Source of the DNA: Nymphaea colorata
Lineage: Eukaryota
Length of the DNA: 64,000 bases
NCBI RefSeq assembly: GCF_008831285.2
Contig: NC_045138.2
Coordinates: 1,488,001-1,552,000 of the forward strand
Direction: 5' to 3'
Shown here: positions 23,890 to 40,200 of the stretch, one piece after another
How the letters are laid out: each line of letters begins with the position of its first letter
How positions within the stretch are numbered: position 1 is the stretch's first letter
Notes under the pieces: model-generated
Database searches by the model: none
Told to the model about the DNA's origin: nothing
Seen by the model: only the letters and a program-made list of their open reading frames with translations
Made by a program: the position numbers and the translations under genes

Positions 23890-26653
23890 CTCCTGCCACC
23901 TGACCTGTTCATAGATTATCAAAAAAGATTTTTTTTTTTTTAAGTAGTGTAGAATTGTACAAGATCAACTTCTATCATCTTATATTTATTGAGACAGATA
24001 GAGACAGTAAAAGTCATTGGGAGGCAGCTAAATACAGTAGAGGTCAGGCTGGGGTTGAATATTAAAAAAAAAACAAAAAAAGAAAATGACAAAACCCTTA
24101 AACCGAATCTGGCTCTTTTTCAACCTTTCCAGCTGCCAGTGAGAGACAAAGGCCGACCCTAGTGGAGCACTACCATTGTTGTCAATAACGATCTTTATGT
24201 CAACTTTTTTTTTCTACAAACGAGGTGATTTTGGGTGACCATGAGTTTTTCATCCTACCAAACTGAAGTGGTTTTAGTGGATCCGGCTCATACAATATTA
24301 AACATTTATTGGTTTATCAAAGATTTTTCAAAATACATATTTTGAAATTAAAAATTAAAAAAATAACATAATATGAGTTTATATATATATATAGAGAGAG
24401 AGAGTGATATGCATGCAATGGTGCATGAAAAAGAAAAAGTAAGAAAATAAGCTGATAAAACTAATTTGGATGGAGAGAAAGAGAATAGAAGCTCTTCAGA
24501 TCTAAGATATGTGGACATCAGATCTAGATCTTCATGGGCTTTGGGTCTTAGATCCCTGGCTTGGAAACATCCCACGTGTACGGTTTGTTGAAAAGCTAAG
24601 TAACGACTCAGTCTTGTGGCTGTAGATCCAAGAAAAACCTTGAAATGTGTGTTCCTTCTTTTCAAACTTCTTGCTTCGGAAACAACCCTTTTAGAGTTTT
24701 CGATAAAATGAATAGGAATTCTTTCTTTTTCTAAAGTGAACCAAGTGTTTGGCCCATTCACTTTGATTCTGATTTGAAAGGAACAACTTATTACAACCTT
24801 CTCTCTCTCTCTCTTTCCTTTTCATGTGGGGACTTTTTCTTCTTTACTCGCATTTTACTCGTATCTTACCAAGCAACTCAATGGATTCGGCCTCGGCCAA
24901 GTAATTCAATGTGGGCATTTGACAACAAAAATAATAATACAATGTTTCATGAACCTATCTCAAAACTTGAAATTGATTTGTTATTTAGTGCTAATGTTGC
25001 CAAACATTTCAATGGATCGTTTGACAGAGGAAGCTAGAGGCAGATTCATATAATACCATAACATAGTAAACAGTGTTATATTATTACGGTGTTTTATGAA
25101 TCTATCTCAATTTTTATAGTTTGTTATTGTATTCATCACCAAGGCAAACTGGGGCTGTGATGAGTTAAAGAGTTGTTTATTCATGTTGTTCTTATTTTTA
25201 GTGGCACATCTAACAAAATATATATATATAATAGAACCAATTATTTTTTATTAAAATTTTAAAGGGAGGAAAGAGGTTAATTTTTTATGTGTTTTCATTC
25301 ATTACTTTTCTTTATTCCAAGTGGGACCAAGAATCCAGGATTTCGATGGTAAGTTGATGCAATACAAACAAAGCCGGTGTTTCTTTAAATATTGAAGACG
25401 AGATACTTTAAAGGCCTCCAAATTGAAAAAGTCAAAAGAGTTCATCAATTAAAATTATGAACACAAGCACTTCAATTTTAGACAGCTAAGGCATTGCATA
25501 AACCCAACACTGGGTCCGGCACCACGGAAAATGACAAGATCTTGTTGCAAAATCATTAGAAAAAGGTGTGCCTGATCCCAATGACAAAAGAATTTTCTTG
25601 GTTTGCTCTTTCTTGTATTAGTGCTTTTGATTCATGTTTTCGGCTCACCCGAAGAAGGTCGAAGCACTCTCTCGCTGTTTTGAGACTTGGGTGAACCCAT
25701 GATACAAGTGTCAATGAGAATGTGGTACTGCCATCAGGTACATCAGTTACAGAGAAAAGAGTATCTATCACCCATGAAAATCGAATTGACAACCAAGCTC
25801 TCATAAGCCTGCCAATCAGAAAGCTAAGACATCTCTAATTCTTTTCATTTGGTTATTGTCACTCTTAGCAATTGGTGGATTTAAGATACAAATTATGGAC
25901 ATATAATTCCTTTAGGTCCTGTTTGATGCACAACGATTTTATCATATGGAATTAGATGAATCAAAGTAATTTTCCTTAAAATGATTCCTTAGTCCCTCAT
26001 ATCCTCTCGACCGTCTATCTGTCTCATATGCTTTAGATGTCGTTCATCTAACACTTGATGAACTTAAGTTGTATTTGATTGTCTCAAATTTAAGACCGGA
26101 TGCTACATAAAAAAAAAGTGTGTTTTGGGAGATCTTCAATTTTGTTAACATGAATATTCAAAGTGTGCTGGAAAGTGAGTGGTCTGTTCTTAAATCCATG
26201 GATCTAAGATATCATATTATCATAGATATGAAATTCACCGTAAAACAAACACAACCTTAAGAAAATTTTGTTGTGGATGGATCACCATCCTAGGTTGAAT
26301 GTCATTCCTCCTGGACTCGACCCGATCGTATCGTGAAGCCGTTGATCCATATCCAAACTCCCAAATGAACCTAGACTGGACACGAACTAGACAGTATTTT
26401 CCAAATTTTATGACAGAAAGAAGACCAACGGTAACAAGGACGGGGACCCTTCCTTAGGTTAGATGGGACCCACCCTGTTGGCCCGAAAATTTACTGTGAT
26501 CTGTAGCTTTCTCGTGGGCAAGCAAGCTTTTCCTGCAATTCCCTCGATTTCAGGCGCGTCCGTCACCCTATTTTATCCCCATCAGGGGTCCCTGTGTTTC
26601 TATATAAGCATCGGGAACGACTGTTCTGTGAAACTGCAACCATTTTGCTTTGA

Positions 26654-31217
<4,564 letters not shown>

Positions 31218-33139
31218 AAATATAGGGATGGAACCTTTCTTCATGAAGTCACCGTTTGGACCTGATAATGGCATTAATAAGTGAAGCATGTGCACTTCTC
31301 AAAGGAGTCGGTGCCTCCAAGGAAGATTCTTCATTACTATGGCTTGGCATTGCAGCCATTGAATGGAAACTATGTAAACTAATGGAAATTATGTAAACTA
31401 AGGGGCCACATGCCTCTGTTGGCAATATCTCTCAACAAAAAATCTGAGAGTGGTCTTCTCCACTAGTCTCATTTCTATGGTTTTGGATAAAGCTAGGTGT
31501 CAGTAAAGGTGTCTCGATCAACATCAAGCAACAAATGATTTAGACCCTGGATGTGAAATGAATGTGAGATCGTTCGTCTTTGACTTAATTATGATTGCTC
31601 ACTGCATCATATTCTGAAAAATCAACAGTCAATAGCACCACATGGATGTGGCTTTGAATAAAGGCCAAACTAAAAGTATGGAACAGGACATGGTTAACAG
31701 TTAATACATATGAGCACCTTCTATTATCCTTAGTGTTTTATGTATGTTATAGATAAAAAGTTAAAAATAGATTCTGTCAACTAGGGATGTCTTTTCTTGT
31801 CTTACTTTCTCAAAATAAAGGCCTATTTAAGATAAAAACGGTTGGCAATTCGTTTCTGAACTTGTGCTAATAAATCATTGTTCAGCTAGTTTTTTGTTGG
31901 TGATATACAAATTTGTGCAGCATTTGATGTAGTTAGTATGTGAAAGATCCCAAAATTTTATTTATTATTTAGATGATGAGAATCATTCCTAAAGTTGTAG
32001 ATGAGATGCTTCTACACCAGAAAAATCATGGCAGCTCCCACAACCCCTCTTGGCTTATTATTGGCTGGGAAAAAACTGTGGGTTTTGAAGAAAAGTGTCA
32101 CAGCTCCACAAAAATCATTAACTTTGCACCTGACTCCAAATGATAAATATCACTTAAAAGAACCCACTCTTTCTCTCTCATTTATATGCTATGTCAGTGG
32201 CAGGTCGAGGGTTGCAGAGTATTCAATATATTTTCTGAAAAACTGTTCAAAAATTAATGATAGGAATTACTTCACTGGTGACAAAAGAAAATGTCAAATG
32301 TTGGACAGCTGCCTCTAGAGCAAAGATTTAGTTTCAGCCTCAATGAAAAATTGGAGCACATATCAACACATTTTCATTTTTCACATACCAAGAACTGTGA
32401 GGTCACCCTAAAACAGTTCTACTTTTCTTTGTTTAAACAAGAAAACTGCATGAAGAAGTTTTATCCTTGCTGTCACAAGGGGTCGAGACTAGGTTGTCTG
32501 TTGTACTCATTTCATGAAATGAAACATGTATACAGGATTCCTGGATTTCTTTGTCCAGGTTTGGACAGAAAAATGATACAAAACTTAGTGTTTTCTATCA
32601 GCACATTTTCGTAATTTCATATATATATATGTGTGTGTGTGTGTGCATGCACGCATGTTTATGTGTGGGGCTATGAATTTGGAATCTATAGGAAGCATCC
32701 CTTGCCAAAGGTTGAAGCTGAATGTAGTCCTTTTTAAGACAGACAGGATGCAGACTTTCGACTGCAACCCATAATTGAGGGGATACTCTTATTCTGTAGA
32801 TCCAGAAAAAGAACTTGTTATGCCAAGGCCCACAAGACTTTCTATGGATCACTTTTAATTCATGAGCTTTTAATTTGAACCATCTTTCCTCATTTTGGGC
32901 AAAAATGTAAATCCCTAAAGGAAAATGATTGCCAACTGACTATGGATCTGTTATCTAAATCTGGTGACCAGATACATTTCAAATCCAGATGATGGATGCA
33001 TGAAACTGAAATGAAATCAAATGGGTCTAATTTGAGTTTGTGTGATGCTCAAGTGTTTTGTTGCAAAATCAACATGTTAAGTCATCTAATTAAGTGAGCC
33101 TTCAATTTCCTTTACCTAACCATAATGCATCAAGGACAA

Positions 33140-33182
<43 letters not shown>

Positions 33183-34329
33183 AAAGTTTGTTCTCCATTG
33201 CTTTGAATGCAAGGGAAGCAGATGATATTTTTAGTTTTTTGAAAATGACTGGTGATGGAATACTGGCTTTGGTACACCTAAAGGAAAATTTTCACCTTGG
33301 TACATTTAGAAAGGAATTTTTTCATTTAGGTGCCTAGATTTGTGCTTTTATCTCAAAATGGCGCCTCATATTTCTGAATTTTCTTTATACAAACTGCGAT
33401 TTCCCTAGCAACTGCTAAAAAATAGAGGCCTTGTATTAAAGTATATCGTTTTGGAAGTATGAAAATTTGGCCTTTTTGATATTACCCCTTCTTGAGTCTG
33501 AAAAACAACTGTTTATCTAAATGAACACTTTATATTGTGCAATAAGACAAAAATTATGTCTGTTTGCTCCAACATTTGAACTAAATAAATCTGATAATCC
33601 AACATGTCACAGATCTGTGAATGTGACAAAGAACTCGACGTCAACATCAAAGATTTATCAAATCAAGGATCTTAAATCATACTTAATTCCTAAAATCTAA
33701 CTATGATATCACATTAGAGAGATTAAGGACAAGGGCCTGGAGGATCTTCGGTTGGACCCATTTAAGGACAGAAGGAGGATCTGATCTCTGGGGCCCTCAA
33801 TTTTTGTGGACATGGGCCCATGCTTTGATCCTTAGAGCATGTTTGTTCCTGTCTTTGGAACAAGCGGAACAGGGTGTTCATTCTTGGAACAATATGTCAC
33901 AATGCCCTAGGGATTTTAAAGCAATAAGGATGGTCCTGGATAATATGAAGCACTTGTTGTTCGAGCTAGGGAGACCCATCACCTGGTAAAAAGACCAATT
34001 CTCCCATTTAACCTTTTGTCCTTTAGGCTCGTTTGATGCATAGGAAGTTTTTTGCATGGTAAAATCCTCAATGTGCGGAAGGAAGAATTTTTCGTGGAAA
34101 AAAGTCGGACCTAGAGAGGTTCTACTTTTTTGCATGGAAAGTTTTTTCAAATTCAATGAAAAACTTATGATAATTCTGACCTGCTTTCAGTGTCTTGAAG
34201 TGTTGCCCCCACTATGTTTAAACTTTTGTATTAGTGACCCCTCTTTTGCAACACAAGAGATTGATGCATCTACATTTGAAATTAAAACAAGTTGTCTGCC
34301 AACCTCCACCTCAAGTCATTGCACAAACT

Positions 34330-34826
34330 AGGGGCAGAGCCAGAAATTTTTCATAAGAGAGGCCGGATTAAAGTTTTTAAATTTTGATGTGGGCCGAAAT
34401 ATCATTTTTCAAAATTTTTATATAGGACAAGTGAAATTTTTTAAAATTTACTTTCTTTTTTGAGGTAGGGCCAAGGCTTTTACGTGCTTTACCTTGGGGT
34501 GCCAACCCTCTTGGGGACAAAACATTTGTTGTTTGGTGTTTTGGGTTCAACCAAGCTCTTACTTTGTTCAAATGTAACTTCAAATTATTGAGTGTAATAA
34601 AATGAAATGTAAGCATTATCCACTTCCAACCCTACAACTTCTAGAAGGACTTGAATTCCAGAGGCAGGTCGAATTAAAGCTTCTAAATTTTGACTAGGAC
34701 TTTAATATCATTTTTCAAAATTTTTATATAGAACAAGTGATATTTTTTAAAATTTATATGTAATATTTTTTTAAAAAAAGAGGTAAGGTAAGGGCCCAAG
34801 CCGCCCATACCTTGGCTTCGCCCCTG
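34330..34826. mobile_element. Non-autonomous DNA element(s) with GGGGC(A/G)GAGCCA...TGGCTTCGCCCC ends, internal duplication
   Basis: TAGGGGCAGAGCCAGAAATTTT at the start and CTTGGCTTCGCCCCTG at the end. The block AATATCATTTTTCAAAATTTTTATATAG.ACAAGTGA occurs twice, and a related piece lies at ~10585-10738. Confidence 0.55.
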
Positions 34827-37221
34827 CATATACCAGTTCTCGGCAAATAGTTAAACCCTGAAATGAAAATCCAACCATGGCACAACCTCTTTAACTGGAT
34901 CCAAAAAAGATTTGGATTTGGATTCAGATTTGGTTCGCTTGAAATTGTTAAGCGTTCCACTCCAGCCATCATCCTTACATTCAGAATCACAGATCTGCAT
35001 CAAAATGGTGTTTGATACCATGGCCTTCGCCATCTTGCAAAAAGGCGGAACGTAGAGGCTGTGCGTTCCATGTCTTCCATTGATGACATTTTCACTTTGG
35101 GAACGGTTGCTGTTGGGCGGACCAACTTGTGCCGGCCTCTTCTTTAAGTGTGCTCGAATGAGCGAACCAGTCACACTTGTTCCCATTTTTTTAAGAACCA
35201 AAATATGACAATCTCTAGTTAATTATTATATGAGTACTTAATGGAAGTCTTTCACATCCACTTTGATACAATGGACATCAATGCTATAATAATAATCAAT
35301 CTACGTCAAAATCATATTAAATTATTAAAGGAACAAACCAATATATATATTATGCATCATTGGCTGGTTTCTGAGTGAATTTGTCTCTTTGCCATTTTAT
35401 ATTGGATTACAGAATTAAGTCAACTAGAAAATTTATCAAGTGGATGGATGCATAAAAGTTAAACGGCAGCTTTTGGTGTCCTTCTAATTCTTTTCAAACA
35501 TATTTTACACAAAGTATGGACAACTACTGTTTTTTGCAAATAATAATTCAACGTATAACATGTTTTAATTTAAGTTTCTACCATCAAATTTTGATGTTAT
35601 AGGAGCCATTCATTTTTTATCACTAGAAAAACATGTTTAACTAAAAAAATGACCAACTTAGTCTATGGTTTTCATTAAAATATTATTAAAATCATATGAT
35701 TAGATTATATGTAAAAAAAAACACTTTACTTTAACAATTGATTTTTAATGGTTTTATTTTTTTTTTGCTTGACCTAATGTTAGAGATAAAAACCAGACTC
35801 TTTAATTTTTATTAAAAAATATTTAAAACAAAATAGAAACAACCTAATATATTTATAAAAATTATTTTAATATAAAACATGTTTTGATTGTAAGTGTTTT
35901 TGTGAAACATATGGGTTTTTTTTACTATCAAAATGTTGATGTTATGGTAACATATCATTTTTGCTTATTATCAAAACATCATTCAACTCCAAAAAAATTG
36001 ATCAAATTAATAAATGTTTTCCATCAAATCATTCTTAAGATCTTATCAACAGGGTTAGATTGCAAGAAAGATATTTTAATTATCAAATTTAGTCATTTTC
36101 ATTTGTGTCCCTAACCTAATCGTATAAGACACAAACTATATATATATATATATAATGTGAATTAATACTAAAAGATAAAAATGTCCATCATTTTTTTTTA
36201 TTATTTTTTCTCTCACAATCATGTTCAATTTTCTAATCATGTTTTTATGTCATGGTTTTTAAATTCGCTAAGAACTCATGCCCGTGTGAACACCCATGCC
36301 TCGACTCATATGGAAAAATAATAGAAAAAAATATGCAGGTTTTTTGCAATTCTTTAACAGGCCGATGCGTATCGGCGATACCTACGGATTTTCAGGGTTC
36401 CAGGTACGAGACTAGGCTCGAGGTTTACAACATCGCGTTAAATTCTGGAAAGCGAAAAAGGACATGATCGTCCTTTGTGATCCCCATATAACGCCCTACA
36501 CCAGCCCCCTCTCCTTCTGTCTCTTCAGCATTCCTCTGTCGACCGCTTCTCTCCGATCTAGGTTTCCCGATTCGCTTGTTTTCCTCTTAAAGGAATCCAG
36601 AACCCTACGACTCCTCGCTAATCCCTCCCCTGCCATTGCCCATCTTCCCGTTTTGCTCGTTTTCTTTGATCATTTTGGCCGTCTCCTGCCTCGTATCTCT
36701 TCGATTTTGGGGAGGAAGGACCGCGTCTAGCAGGTGGCTGTGGAGCCCCATTTTTATTTTCCATTCCATCGCATTGCTGAATCAAGTAATTGGAAGAGCA
36801 ATGCCGAGTGAATATTCCTCCCATCGTTTGGCATTTCAGTTACCTTACCGCCTGTGGTTCGGTTCCTTGACTAGTAAGAAATCGAAAGTTGGTGTTCATT
36901 TTGCTTTGGATTAGGGATTCTGCTGGATGAGTGACCTTCCAATTTTGGGAACTTGTTCCCTTTTTCCTTACTGCGCATTTGGTGGTGTAGTGGGTGGATT
37001 GCTAGCTATCTTTAGTGAATATTGGCTGTTAACTGATGGAGAATCCATTTTGTGGCTGTTGCGGACTTTTGAGCCGTTTCTTATGGGCTTTAAGGAGCAA
37101 TGTCTTGCAACCGATTTGCTTTATTGGTGCTTGCTAATTGGAAACTAGGAGGTGTAATTGTTGAATTCCTAGTTATGAAAGAGACGGTAACCTTTGTGGG
37201 TCTATTGACCGAGTGACTGGT

Positions 37222-40200
37222 ATGGCGAACTTGGGTAGCTCTGGCAGTTTTGGCCGGAAAGTTCAGAGCCCCAGAGTTGCTGGCCATCGGAAGAATTGGG
37301 TCCTGGCTAGTTACAACTTCAAGACATTGATTGGAATAAGTGCAGCAATCGTTGCCTGTCTACTTGTGGGACGTGGATACGTTTTCTTCGTCCCCATTCA
37401 TGAACAAGCGCAAAGCTACAAAGATGCATTTGTTAATGGGGTTGAGTCGGTGGAGGGCTGTAATTTTTTTGAAGGGAAATGGGTCAACGACGACTCTTAT
37501 CCATTATATGACGGCTCTCTTTGTCCATTTACGGAGAACGGCTTTAATTGTCAAGGCAATGGGCGTAGAGATGACAATTACTTGAAATGGAGGTGGAAAC
37601 CCCACCGTTGTGAAATTCCGAGGTAATTAGTCGACTTTTTGTTCCCTGACCTCTTCGTTCATTTGTTCTACTACTGTTTCTTTTTCTAATATTTAATAGA
37701 ATGTTGGTTGACGAGGACTATGAAGTGAAATGAATGCATCAGATATTCGATGCTCCTGCCCTCCTTCCTTTCTTGTTTGCCAAACGCATGCGCTCTTTTT
37801 TATTTTATTTTCTTGATTTGGATGCCAACGTAATCTACGTGACTGTTTGCCTTTCGGCTATCTCCTTTAAGGTCTGAATATTTGATTTACCTCTTCGTCC
37901 GTCGTAGTATATCCGTTACCTCAGCTACTTATACTTCTATCTAGATCTGTCTCCTTTTGTTTTTCATCTTCTGCCTTCATAAATTGTATTTTCATATTAC
38001 TGACGGAACCTTGTGTCCAGTATTTGCTTGTATATAATTTGCATTATTTGTATTTTAATTTTCTTCACTCCTAACTGTTCCAGGTTTGATGTGCATGAGA
38101 TTTTACAAAGTTTGCGAGGACTCAGAATTGTTTTTGTGGGAGATTCAATGGGAAGGACACAGTGGGAGAGTCTGATTTGTCTTCTTATGACCGGCGTGTC
38201 GGACAAAAAATCAGTTTATGAAATAAATGGGAACAAAATCACGAAACAGATCAGATTTCTTGGTGTGAAATTTAGTTCGTTTAACTTTACAGTGGAGTTC
38301 TACCGCTCACCTTTCCTTGTTCAGCAGGGTGTCCCTCCGAGACATTCCCCTAAGAGGGTCCGATCTACTCTTAGGCTGGACAGGTTGGACAATATTAGTA
38401 AAAGATGGATCAATTCAGATTTTTTGATCTTCAACTCTGGCCATTGGTGGAACTCGGTGAAGATATTTGACGTGTAAGTTCTGTGTTTGAGTGTCCTTCT
38501 TCAACTATTCGTTGTGCCTGATTCTTGGTACATAATGTAATTATTTCTCCCAAAACAGTGGTTCTGTACTTGCACAAATAAGTCCTGAAACTCTAATGGT
38601 TTCTTTAGAAAGAAGTAGCTTTATTTACATATTATGGACATACATGTGAGTTTCATGCATAATGGCCTTTATCCATTCATCTTCACGATGCTTTGTTCTG
38701 GGGACCATGTACTGACTTCCCGTGAAAACAAGGAAAGTTTTCTTAGAAACTTGAACCATCTACTAGTCGATTAGTCAGCCTAGTTGGTGGTTTGGCTACT
38801 AGGTCCTGGCCTGAAAGTTGCCAGGGCCTAGTTGGGAAATTAATCTACCTGTTAGGTGGACTAGTTGCGGCTAGCTGTTGGCCAAATAGTTGGTAGCTTG
38901 CACCGTTGCAATTAACATTGGGTGAGATTTGTTTTTTCAACCTTTTCTTGAAGTTGGATAATGTTCAGGGAGTTGAAAAAGTGTAACAAGAGTGGGACAT
39001 TGGTTTCTTTGGTTCTTTTGTATTTTGATTGTCCCCCACCCCTCCCTCTCTATCCCTCTCTGTGTTTTACTTGACTCGTTATGATATTTTATGTCATTTA
39101 TTATTTTATGACTTTAAATATTCCATTATTGGAGATCGTTATTGATTTTCTTTCAACCAACCACTTGGATTGACTAGTCCCTCACTACTTTTTAGGCCTT
39201 GGTCGACCTGTGTCCAACTTCTGGTTCCAACAAGTTATCTTAGGGAAAAATGGCTTAGCTTCCACAATTACCTCATTATCTCAAAACTCAATATGTCCAT
39301 GCAAAGCCCTAATTGTTCACATTGGGAAGATGGTACATAGATCAAGTAGCATTAAAGTGTCTTCCTTTAGCCTTTGTTTCTACCTTGCATTTAGCATTTT
39401 GCGAGTACTAATACAGTTTTTATTGTTTTTCTCTTAATAGAACATAGATGTTGGGTTTAGCAGTCTGCTAAATGCTTTCTATTAGCAGTTAGCATTTGAT
39501 ATGCTTAACTTGTTAGTTGTTATACTCCTTAATTGGCCACATCTTGCAGCGCACATTGAGGAGTTGACTTTCTCATGAAGCTAAAATTATGTTCTCTTTA
39601 TCATGTTTCCAACACTATGTCCCTGTTCTTATGTGCTTAATAGTTAAAAAAGGGGATACCTTGTTGGGATCCAATTCACTCCTTAAAAGGCGGACATAGT
39701 TATTCCTTCCCTATGTGGGAACTACTTGGTCTATTTATCCATGAGAAAAAATACTTCAAAAGTGAGAAACACTTTCATGATTGGATGGGAAGGCCTGAGT
39801 GCAAATACATCAACTGGTCAGTTGTAGTAAATTAGTAATACATTAACAGTTACTCATTTAATGAAAAGGAAGATAGTTATGATTTTATTTGAAAATTTTG
39901 GTGTGCAATATGTTGCTGTGAAAATGTAATTTTAGTTTTTAATCTGGACACCTGGTTCTGCAACAGAGATTCTGAACCACATTTTCATACAGTGGCTGCT
40001 ACTTCCAGGTGGGAAATTCAGTGAAGCTCGGAATGCAAATCACCAGTGCCTACAGGACAGCATTGAACACATGGGCTTCATGGGTTAAGTCAATGGTCAA
40101 CACAAATAGGACTCATGTCTTCTTTCGAACTTTTGAACCTTCTCACTGGAGGTACTCTTCTATGCCTGGCACAAGCTAAGCTTGTAAAAAGCTTTTCTCC

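Noticed and set aside
24348..24761. 137-aa minus-strand ORF
   Set aside because: No homology cues, no splice partners, and it runs into microsatellite sequence.
36464..37148. ORFs upstream of the TBL gene (88, 92 and 73 aa)
   Set aside because: No recognisable motifs, one starts at a non-ATG codon, and they lie in the pyrimidine-rich leader or probable 5'-UTR intron.
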